Source: Pavona decussata
Taxonomy: Eukaryota
Assembly (NCBI GenBank): GCA_977016875.1
Contig: CDRNST010000318.1
Location: forward strand, 3,286,001-3,350,000
Reading direction: 5' to 3'
DNA length: 64,000 bases
Shown: positions 1-21,514 of the stretch, piece by piece
How positions within the stretch are numbered: position 1 is the first letter of the stretch
Layout of the letters: every line of letters starts with the position of its first letter
Translations under genes and position numbers: made by a program
The notes under the pieces: generated by a model
Databases searched by the model: none
The model's input: the letters and a program-made list of their open reading frames with translations, nothing else
Told to the model about the DNA's origin: nothing

Positions 1-299
1 CTTGATCACTTAATCATCCACTTGACGGTCACAACAAAGGTCACTCACCGGAAAGAAAAAAAAACAAACAAAACAGATGAAATTCTGAGCGATAGTCGCC
101 CTCTCCTCTCAGTTGATTTAGAATTTATATCTGGGAGCAAAGTTTGCTGATTGGAAGAACAGCGGTTTCTGGTTTCTAATTCTTTTTTTTTCCCAGAGGT
201 AAAAACACTGACCACAATTGGCCATGTTTTCGTTGATGACGGAGAAGTACACATGTTTCATAACTTTAACTTTGTTGTACAACGCCTTTCGGACTTTAC

Positions 300-12150
<11,851 letters not shown>

Positions 12151-13129
12151 AATTTTTTCAAGCAAAATAAAGATTAAAATAAAATGAAATGAAAAACAGA
12201 GTTCTAGGCAGCAACAAAATTCCCGCCATCTTGAAAGTGTTTGCAACAGCAACCAGGCCTCTCAGCCTCGGTTTCGGGTTATAAGAATGTGTGACAACCT
12301 CCGTGACAGCTGGAAACTTATAGACTGCAAGCAGTCCCTCTCTGGATAGTTGAGAGGTCGCGCGAAATAGCCGAGCGCGAAAAAAACTGGAGCAAACGAG
12401 CGGTGATTAGATCTTTCACAGATCCTGCGTATACTTGCAGCATTTTCGTTGTGCGGTTCCTTACAGATTGTTCAGCAGCTGAAAATTATGGGAGTACCCC
12501 CCCCCCCCCCCGGGCCTACGACTGACCTGTTGCAGGCGTTCACATACAGCAAACGACAGAAATGACCATGTTTACCCTGCATTTACCAGTCGCTGTTTTC
12601 AGTCTCTCTAAATTGAGTAGTTTAGTGTATCAAAGGTCAGAATTGCGCTATTCCCATTTATGAACTAAGTGTTTGGTTTTTCAAGCAAACTTAAACGCAA
12701 ATCTCACATTTACCGTTTGCCCGTAAATAGGGGATTCTAAATCCCCTGGTCTAATCTTTCTGTAAAAAAAAAAAAAGAAGTATTTTGCGAGCGGGAAAAA
12801 GCAAGGAAAGACTCGGAGGCCCGGGGGGGGAGGGGTTAGTCCCCTTTCTGGCTGTACGGGGACGTGCCGCTGGTACGCGAGTCTGTCCTGGACCCGTCCT
12901 AAACAGGGTATGGTTGCAAGACTGTCGTTGAGTATTTGGCAATCCGAAATCAGAGACGTTTATCTGTATTTATTTCAGTGAACAATGCTTCACGTCAATT
13001 GTTTCCACCTAAGGTTCACCGCTGAAATTTTGGGATTTTTCGCCATCACTTCTAGGTAATACATTATTTTATCTGAAAATACAAAACTGAATGCAAGGCT
13101 GGCACTACGGCAAAGGGCAGATTTATTGG

Positions 13130-13172
13130 TGGCCAATATTTCGACTAATAGAATTAGTCTTCCTCAGGGCCA
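13130..13172 (-). ncRNA. Inverted copy of the minimal hammerhead ribozyme
   Basis: Reverse complement of 14525-14567, inside the left inverted pseudo-LTR. Confidence 0.78.
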
Positions 13173-13535
13173 GAGCTATACTGAAGGAAAATATAATAAC
13201 GGCTCCTTAAATTAAAGTTTGAAAAATACATGGAAAAACATGATTGGCTAACACATGATATGATGACAGCGTATTTGTAAATATGAGATAACAAAAATAT
13301 ACTAACGGCTCCTAAAATTAAAATTTGAAAAAATATATGCAAAAAAATGATTGGCTAATACATGACATGAAGACAGCGTTCTTGTAAATATGAGATAACA
13401 AAAATATAGAAGTGTATAATCAAGGTTCAGCGTTCGTTTTTCCTGTTAATGCCTTCTGGAGATAACGTTTTCCCTCTATGAATTAGAAAAGCCTCGCGTG
13501 CCTTCCTAACAAAACGAGGCTATAAAGACCGTTTT

Positions 13536-14270
13536 GTGAAAGAACAAATCTTAAGAGCCAAACAGATACCCAGAAGTGAGACATTACAGGAACATAATCA
13601 TGATAAAGATAAATCCAACACCCCAGTCCCCTTCACCATCACTTATAACCCAGCACTACCCAATATCCAAGAAATACTTCACAGGAAACAACCTATTCTT
13701 AACTCCACAGATCGCCTTCAAAAAATATTCAAAGATAAACCATTCATCGCTTACCGTCGTTCACCAAACCTTCGCGACCTTTTGGTTCGAGCAAAACTAA
13801 AGAACCCTAACACGACACCCAAGCTCACCTCTGGCACTTTCCGCTGCAACTCCACTCATGGATGTCTCACTTGCCCTTACATTGACGATGCAAGAACTTC
13901 GTACACTTTTAGCAACACCGGCGAAACAAGACAAATAAAACAACATATAACCTGTAATTCTACTAACCTTACATATATGATTGAATGTAAAAAATGTAAA
14001 AAACAGTATATAGGGGAAACCAAACGCACGATCCGTGAAAGGTTCACAGAACACAGACAAGCGACAAACAACCCACATCACGCCAACTCCACAGCAGCAG
14101 TCCCTACACACTTCAACTTACCAGGTCACTCTTCTGCGGACATGCGACTTATCCCTCTCGAACTACAACCCACCATCAATGCCTCCCGCCGGAAGGCACG
14201 CGAGGCTTTTCTAATTCATAGAGGGAAAACGTTATCTCCAGAAGGCATTAACAGGAAAAACGAACGCTGA
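13536..14270 (+). CDS. Penelope-like element C-terminal ORF fragment: RT thumb end, Cys-rich linker and GIY-YIG endonuclease (RT core lost by 5' truncation)
   Basis: LTKRGY just upstream; AYRRSPNLRDLLVRAK; CNSTHGCLTC; NLTYMIECKKCKKQYIGET (GIY-YIG); RFTEH..THF; EAFLI..TLSPEGIN. The ORF is uninterrupted. Confidence 0.85.
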   Translation: MKEQILRAKQIPRSETLQEHNHDKDKSNTPVPFTITYNPALPNIQEILHRKQPILNSTDRLQKIFKDKPFIAYRRSPNLRDLLVRAKLKNPNTTPKLTSGTFRCNSTHGCLTCPYIDDARTSYTFSNTGETRQIKQHITCNSTNLTYMIECKKCKKQYIGETKRTIRERFTEHRQATNNPHHANSTAAVPTHFNLPGHSSADMRLIPLELQPTINASRRKAREAFLIHRGKTLSPEGINRKNER

Positions 14271-14524
14271 ACCTTGATTATACACTTCTATATTTTTGTT
14301 ATCTCATATTTACAAGAACGCTGTCTTCATGTCATGTATTAGCCAATCATTTTTTTGCATATATTTTTTCAAATTTTAATTTTAGGAGCCGTTAGTATAT
14401 TTTTGTTATCTCATATTTACAAATACGCTGTCATCATATCATGTGTTAGCCAATCATGTTTTTCCATGTATTTTTCAAACTTTAATTTAAGGAGCCGTTA
14501 TTATATTTTCCTTCAGTATAGCTC

Positions 14525-14567
14525 TGGCCCTGAGGAAGACTAATTCTATTAGTCGAAATATTGGCCA
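14525..14567 (+). ncRNA. Minimal type I hammerhead ribozyme in the Penelope pseudo-LTR
   Basis: TGGCC-CTGAGGA-A-GACTAAT(TCT)ATTAGTC-GAAA-TA-TT-GGCCA: stem I TGGCC/GGCCA, CUGANGA core, 7-bp stem II, GAAA, loopless palindromic stem III (ATAT), AUU cleavage triplet. Confidence 0.8.
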
Positions 14568-14745
14568 CCAATAAATCTGCCCTTTGCCGTAGTGCCAGCC
14601 TTGCATTCAGTTTTGTATTTTCACGTTCAAGTGACGCCTGACACGAGGTCTTTCACAAGAGAGATCCGGCAAAATTACCAGCAAGTTTAATTCCTGCGTT
14701 GTGTGGACCTCTGCATTCAAAAGTTTCTTATTTTATCTGTTGTGA

Positions 14746-14962
14746 TAGCCTGCAATGCAGGCGTATTTTTGGAGCGGGAGCGCTGAATAATCCTTCGTTG
14801 CTGCCATCTTGGGCGAGGAAGCGCGAGAGGGCTGGAGCGAGTCAAAAGTGACCCTAAGGGAGAGGACGACTGCCCCCCCCCTCCCCCTCAGCCTCCTTCA
14901 AATACGCGAACTAAATTTATTGTTCAGCGCTCGCCCATGAAAAACGCCTGCACTGCAGGCTA
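14746..14962. mobile_element. MITE with 9-bp TSD
   Basis: TIRs TAGCCTGCAATGCAGGCGTATTTTT / AAAAACGCCTGCACTGCAGGCTA; TSD CTGTTGTGA at 14737-14745 and 14963-14971. Confidence 0.85.
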
Positions 14963-15665
14963 CTGTTGTGATTGCTGTTCGCGTTTCAATACGTGGAACA
15001 TCACGTCCGGTAAGTGACAGTGGTCCTTTGAATGGAATTACTTTTGCCAATAAACACTTGTAAAGCAAGAACTAGATGTTGTCCTAGATCCTTTGTCCTA
15101 AATAGGGTCTTGAAATAGGGGGCGTTGTCCTACACAGGGTAGGTATTTAAGGTTAATTTTGTCCTAAGCAGTGTCAGGGTTTCAAACTCCCAGCGGCACC
15201 CATATATAATACCCAAACACGGGTCAAGTATCCCCCCCCCCCCCTCCCTCCCCCTGGTCGGGGAGTTAGCCGGGGAGAGCTCTCGCCTTCTCTCTCCAGT
15301 CTCCTCGCTTTAATTATTATTCGCTCGCTCCACAACTACAAATTGATCCCTTGCCAGTGAGGCTTATCCTGGATACGGCCGACGGGCAGCAATTTTTAAC
15401 CAAAGACGCGATCGACCCCAACGTAAGTTTAATGTAATTGTCTCTCCGATCCATCAATACACGATAAGTTAAAACTACGCACAAACTTAGGAGCGCTGAC
15501 GCTGAGGTTTTTCCCCCAGCAACCTCCGGGTGATTGTTTATATTTTTTTAGCTCTCCTCTTCTCTCCTTTATTTGAAACGAGGTTGGCTTTTAGTTTCGA
15601 ATTATTGCCGCAAATGCGTGCATCTTTCGTACCACCATCCTAAAATACACTGTACTTGTTGAAAG

Positions 15666-15946
15666 GAATACCGGTCAACTCGCCTACGTGCAAACTCGCC
15701 TATGCCAACTCGCCTACGCCTACTGGTTAACTCGCCTACGTAGGCGAATTTAGGACATAGCACGCTTGTTTAGGTTTATGGATTAAAGAACGAGTTAGAT
15801 AGAACATAAAGTTATTTAAAAGGCATACATTACTTGAGTGAACTCGCCTATGTCAGGAAGAGAAGTCGCCTACGTAGGCGCGCTGACAAGTTGTAGGCGA
15901 GTTTGTTCGTGGGCGAGTTTGCACGTAGGCGAGTTGACCGGATACC
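15666..15946. mobile_element. MITE with 8-bp TSD and AACTCGCCTA subterminal repeats
   Basis: TIR core CCGGTCAACTCGCCTACGTGCAAACTCGCC and its reverse complement; TSD GTTGAAAG at 15658-15665 and 15947-15954. Confidence 0.8.
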
Positions 15947-16359
15947 GTTGAAAGCAATTCTAATTAGGGCTATTCTTTCCTCCCAGACGACAGCGCAGCA
16001 GGTTTCTTTTACAGGTCACTGATTGTATATAAACAAGCTAAACAGGGTCTCCAAGCCCTAACCCCATACTAAAAAGCTAATTCAGGCCTAGGGCACGTTA
16101 ACCCTCTTAGTTATATACCAGTAAAACATTGGCCTGCATTTGCGACCCGTGGGACCTCACCTGTCAGCCAGACGAAGCCATAATAATTATGGCTAATCAA
16201 TACCCCTCATTGCTGTGAATGGTATTAACTGCCGGCTAAAGATATTTGAATTTGGTTCTCAAGATATTTGAAATCATGATCCCCCACAGTTCTGAAAATT
16301 AGCTACAAGTTTTGCAGTCTTGCGAAGAACTGCTTGTTTTATCCACAGTTGCCTGTCAA

Positions 16360-16738
16360 GGACGGTGCCTACTAATAAGGAAGTGTTTTTGTGTGCTTTG
16401 TGACTACTGTATACAGGGAGAGCAGATCTTAACAAGGGCTTTTGAAATCCAAGAAGAAAATAGGGGGTAGCCACACATTCTTTTAGAGATAATAAGGAAC
16501 AATAATTCTAAAAAAATACAAAGCAATGTATGGCATTTTTTATTCCAAATTGAAGCTTTATTATCTCTGAAAAATGTATGGTTACCCTTAGTTTTCTTTT
16601 TAGATACCAGAGTTCTGCTTTCTCTACATAGTTTTAAACCATGCAAAAATAACCCTGTTTTAGAAGGCACCACCTCATAAACCCAAGTATCTCGAGATGT
16701 GCAGAACGTACGCGTGGTAACAAAAGTAGGCACCGTCC
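16360..16738. mobile_element. Non-autonomous DNA transposon (Kolobok-like termini)
   Basis: TIRs GGACGGTGCCTACT / AGTAGGCACCGTCC; flanks degenerate. The superfamily call is tentative. Confidence 0.55.
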
Positions 16739-17754
16739 GTTGATTAAGTGAGCACCCTCGATCTGTCGCTCTCCCTCCCAGAGGTGGTGCATGGGGTAAG
16801 AAACCAATGAATATTTCCAGAAAAAAACAAGGGGCATTGAATTTAATCCATATAATTTTTAGTATAAAGGAGAATACTTTCTCCAAAATTAAAGTTAGTT
16901 TACTGGTGTTCAAAATGTATAAATGGAAAATTTGGAAATTATCAGGGCTCAATGTTTAAAGGAACCATGTCAGCTATTTTTAGTAACACTTTGAAAGTTA
17001 AGTCACATTTGTCCCCAATGTAAATCTGAAAACAAAAAAACACTTTTGTTAAAAGTAAGGCCAGGATCACACCTGCAGAAAAAAATACTTTGTCTTACAA
17101 AACAAAAACTGTCAGGAACAACTTGTCAATTTTTTGTAATGACATTTGCAAGACAATGCTCAAAGGAAAAACTTACGTAAAAGAATTTTGCACAATTAAT
17201 TTTAATAATAATACACTCCTACTTTCAGTTAGATTGAATGCAACAAACAAACATTCAGCCACCAGTGTGGTGTATGTTGGCCTAGCACGTAGAAAACAAT
17301 CACATGAATACTCCATGAGGAAAGTTAAAGTTGGTACAGACCTGGTGCATTTAATATTTCCCCAAAACACCTGCAATTTACACAAAGTGTAAACCGTTTG
17401 GTTTTGTGTAATGGTAAACTCAACAACGAAAGCAAATCACTTACATTTCAAATCAACTCAATTTATTTCATCAATAAATACTGAAACAGTGGGCATTCCA
17501 AACAGCTTAACTGTGACAATAGAAAACTCATCAACTGAGATGATAAACACACATGTTTTGCAAAAACTTTATATTAACAATTCTGTATTTTACCTTTGAA
17601 TGTCAAGCCAAGTACCAAAGTTGATACTTTTTAGTGCATTAACATTTGGTATTTCTAGATTTACCCTTATAATGCATTAATGTGAGAAACAAGAAGCTTG
17701 ATTTAGAAGTTTAAATCTGACTGAATTGTGATTTACACGTTGCATGTTTACTTG

Positions 17755-20736
17755 TCAGCCCTGAGCTTTCTCTGCTCTCATTGTCTTCACATGTTGACAC
17801 ACCTCTACCACGCGCTTGTCATGGGCTGCAAGCCTCTCCTTTTTCTTTCTCAACTCTGCTTTCCGTTTCTCTTCAGATTGCTCCAGCTTCTGTTTGAGCT
17901 TCTCTTCCCAACTTTTCTTGGCCTCCTCCACAAGCAAATCCACAAACTGTCGTGCTTGTTCTATCTTCTGTGACTTTATTCGCAGTCGCTCCTGTAGTGC
18001 ATGGATCTGTGCCTGGCGTTTTTCTTCTGTTGTCGCCATCTTCTGCTGTAAGTTTTCCTCTGTGGTCTTGGACTGCTTCTCAATGCTCTCCTGCAAAGTA
18101 GCCAATACTTCATGTATGTGCTTTTCATGAGCTTGCCATCGCTCCATCTGGGCCTTGCGCTGTAACTCCAGTTTCTCTTTGGTCAGAGCTTCCTTCTGTT
18201 GAATCTTTTCTTCCAACTTCTTTGCATGCAGTGCACTTATCTCCTGCAACTTTGCCTGCACTTCTTTGATGTGCTGGTCCTTTGCATGTAGCCGATCGAT
18301 CAGGGCTTTAATCTGGGCTTCTTTATTCTCAATATGCAAATACATCTTTTGCTTGTGCTTTTCTTCCACTTTTCTGCTTTGCTCTTCCTCTAATTGTTGC
18401 TTGGTTAGCTGGACTTGACTGATTCGCTCATTTTTGGTTGCAACCCTTGCTAGCATTTCACCTTCTATGCTCTGAAAATAAAAGATAAACAAAACATGTT
18501 TGTTATAGGTACATGTTTTCTTGCCTGGGTTAACTGAAATATAAAAGAGAAAAATATAGTAAAGTAAGTGCGCAGTAATGGATTGTTGCGGGTAGTTATT
18601 TACCGGGGTGCAACTGGGTAGATAATTATGGTTAGCACGTAACTCAAACTTGTATTTTTCCCTGTGCTGCCAGTTTGTATCTTATGTATGATACAACACA
18701 GTTGCCCAGTTGTTCCATACAAGATAATTTAGCTGCTGTTTCCGCTTGTTAATTAAAATTGATTGGAGTTTAGACTTTACTTTCAACAATTTATCATGAA
18801 TCTGTTAGAACAGTGGGGATTCCCTTTATTGTTATTATATATTTGCAAGTCCACTGGGTGTTGAGGGCGGCAGCAGTAAGGTCCTGGGTGTCTGAAGAGT
18901 GGATAGCTTGTCCAGTGGATAAATTGCTATCTACTGGATGAAGTTACAGTGAAGATGAACAGCTACTCAGAGTTTGAAGATACTAACACACAACAGGTTT
19001 ATGACATGCTACTTTCCTTGAAGAACCAAACTTTCCAAAGCTTAATGACCTATTATGTTGAAATAAATGCTGGGTTTTATAGATCAAGTTGTAAAATAAA
19101 ATTTAATACCTCCAGCATTTATTCAAGGTAACATTTATTTGAGGTCTGGTATTTATTTGAACCCTTTTCAAGTTAATATTAAACACTCTGACACTGTTTT
19201 AAAAAAGTCCCTCAGTTGTAAAATAGTCATGTTGAGTGTGCAGCTAAATCTAAAGGCCAATTAGATTATTTCTCTGTCATGTAATACACAGCTCCACTTT
19301 GAACAATGGCAAAGTCAACATATCTATCGCCTTTGTGATTGAATGGCTAGCTCAAAACAGCTTTAAAATAGTTTTTGAAGATATCATTAATATATCAATG
19401 TTTGCAAAGAGCAAATAGTGATCGAATGAAGCTGAAAATTTGTCTTCGAGGAGAGGTCTTGGAGCACTTAAGGGTGAACAGCTTTTTGGCCCCAAGAAAC
19501 AGGAATTTGAACTACATAATTTTCAAAAGTCCAAATGCCGAAAGGGTTGATTGACATATTAGAGAGACCAATTTTTGTGTCTAAATCATGCCAATGGACA
19601 TTTTTTAGTCCTAAAAGCAGAGATAAAGAATTAGAAGATTTTGTTGAATTTCTTTGCAGTGATGATCAGGAATAGTTTTGAAACAGACTTGACATAATTT
19701 GAATTAGAAAATAACTCATGCCTCATGCACACTAATAATGATAGGAAATGAGCTGTTAACTATTCTGTTCAGAAAATAATTTCTGTTGCTGGTAAATGTC
19801 TCATTGCCTGTTCCGGAGTTAGGGTTAGGGTTTGGGTTAGGGTTAGAGACTTTGTATGAATTTGGGGAATGCGATCTCAGAATTAATGACCTTTGTATGT
19901 ACCGGTGCTCCTATTGATAGCAATAGCGACTACCCTGAGCATTATAACTAATTAAATGTGTCTGTCTGTCTGGAATTTGGTTACAGGCTGGTTACTACAC
20001 AATGAAACTTAACCAAACTTGGTAAACTTACTAATGTTTATGTGATCTTTCTGGTGATGGGGTTCATTTCTTCATATGACACAGTTTGAACCATTTGTAA
20101 ATTAGGGCCCAGTCCCTTTATGAACTAACATAAATTACCATATTTCAACTGCTTCGTTCTCAAAAACGAGTATGGCGACCCCCTCTTTTTATTTTAATTC
20201 TGGAACTTGTATAGGTTAGCAACTTTACGAAATTTCGTTCATATTTTAGAGGGATGGTCTTAAGAGGGTAAAAAGTTTGGTTACAACTGTCATTTATGAG
20301 ACTTCTCTTGGCTCGTCATTGAACATTCGTTTTATACCACGTTGGGTGTAAAAGATCAAATTATTAACACGCATGCTAATACATAGACTTAGTAATTTCT
20401 ACCTTTCTTCTTTTTTCAGCTGCTTTCATCTTTTCTTCTATCTGCTGTTTGTTTTCTTTTCCTCTTAGTGGAGTGAGACGCGGCTTTCTCGCATTTTCCA
20501 CCTTGGGGCTGAATATGACTTCGTACGCCACGCTGCCGTTGCTCGAAGAAGTTTCTTTGTGACCATGAACAAGAAAATTCCCGGAGTTAGGAAAACGTCA
20601 ACTAGAAAACTTCGCTTTGACCTTTTACAAAGCACTATCAAACGCAAATCAACTGGAGTGTCGTTAGGCTAAAGTATTTTTGTTTATGAAGAAAATAAAA
20701 CTTGAGCTTACCGCGAGCCTCCACCACAGACGCCAT
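17755..20736 (-). CDS. Stathmin-family tubulin-sequestering protein (~297 aa) with five tandem 51-aa tubulin-binding repeats
   Basis: Exons 20712-20736 (MASVVEAR), 20403-20554 (GSVAYEVIFSPK...QIEEKMKAAEKRRK, compare stathmin GQAFELILSPR...EEIQKKLEAAEERRK) and 17755-18471 (SIEGEMLARVA...KMxxxxENKEAQIKALIDRLHAKDQHIKEV). Phases 1 and 0 join in frame; the intron after RRK matches the vertebrate stathmin position as I recall it. Confidence 0.88.
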
Positions 20737-21514
20737 TTTTGTCAAGTTGAACAAAACTGGACGGACAGTGAGATTCTCTGATACACAATGACTCGAGAAC
20801 AACAACTAGTCGTCGACCCAATCTGCTATCGGCTGAAGACAAGTCTAAAGAACTATGTAGTACAAATTAACTGAAATTTTTGCTACGACAGATCAACCTC
20901 ACCAAAACGCGTGGTTGCGTGTTTCAAATTTTCACCCATACACGTGATAGCCAAGAAAACATTTGATTGGTCAATCCTAAATCGCGTCTAGGCGAAGGGG
21001 TTTTACTATTTATTCACTGATTGGTCTGTAAGTAAATCTTTTCCTGATATACATAAATTTTAAATATATACATTGCTTTGTGGCTTGTGGAACCTGTGAG
21101 GTGCTGGAGGGGTACTGGTATTCTACTATGGCTACTATTTTGTCGCCAGCGCTTTGGATTCTTTGTGGTCACAATGGCGACTTGAGCGACTAAAAAAGGA
21201 TAAAAACAACTCAGTAGGACCGGAATGTTATGCCATGAAGACGTGCTTTATGCGAAGAATTTTGCCTATTGTGGAATTTTACACCAAAAGCGCCATCAGT
21301 CGTCGCATAATTTATTTGTTTGAATCCTAAATAGAATATTTTTGCAATATGTAAGTGCTTTTTTTTTTCTGTGTGTGTTACTCTCGCATGCTCGCAGTGG
21401 TATTCGCAGATCAGATAAGCTAAACTTTTTTCGATGAATGCCGCGCCCTTTCAAATAATTGGGGCCATAATCACACTATTAATTTGATCTTTCCTATTAG
21501 GTTGAATGTAGAAA
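20737..21514. promoter_or_regulatory. Probable bidirectional promoter between the stathmin-like and aldolase genes
   Basis: Divergent ATGs ~780 bp apart; two TGATTGGTC (inverted CCAAT) at ~20964 and ~21018; YY1-like CGCCATTTT overlapping the stathmin ATG; probable 5'-UTR intron 21351-21500. Confidence 0.5.

Larger units (their letters stand above)
13076..14727 (+). mobile_element. 5'-truncated Penelope-like retroelement (Neptune-like) with an inverted 5' pseudo-LTR
   Basis: Inverted repeat of 433 bp, 13074-13506 / 14191-14623, with no mismatch found by eye. It flanks a GIY-YIG ORF; ~100-bp 3' extension; candidate 12-bp TSD TTATTTTATCTG at 13064-13075 and 14728-14739; a hammerhead motif lies in each repeat. 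Confidence 0.9.
12820..15257. mobile_element. Older poly-G/poly-C-ended MITE split by the Penelope and small-MITE insertions
   Basis: Left end CCCGGGGGGGG..GTGCCGCTGG, right end CCAGCGGCAC..AGTATCCCCCCC; GTCCTAAAYAGGGT repeats on both sides of the inserted elements. Confidence 0.55.

Noticed and set aside
13154-14543. Identical 62-aa ORFs at 13154-13342 (-) and 14355-14543 (+)
   Set aside because: A by-product of the inverted pseudo-LTR, in non-coding AT-rich sequence.
15671-15945. CRISPR-like array of AACTCGCCTA repeats
   Set aside because: The repeats are short, irregularly spaced and inverted between the two halves, inside TIRs with a TSD; eukaryotic context and no cas genes.
16404-16952. 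182-aa minus-strand ORF as a transposase
   Set aside because: It crosses a MITE boundary, shows no recognisable domain and has AT-rich noise composition.
19819-19846. Functional link between the TTAGGG repeats and the nearby RTEL1 gene
   Set aside because: Only about four units, located in another gene's intron; proximity gives no mechanism.
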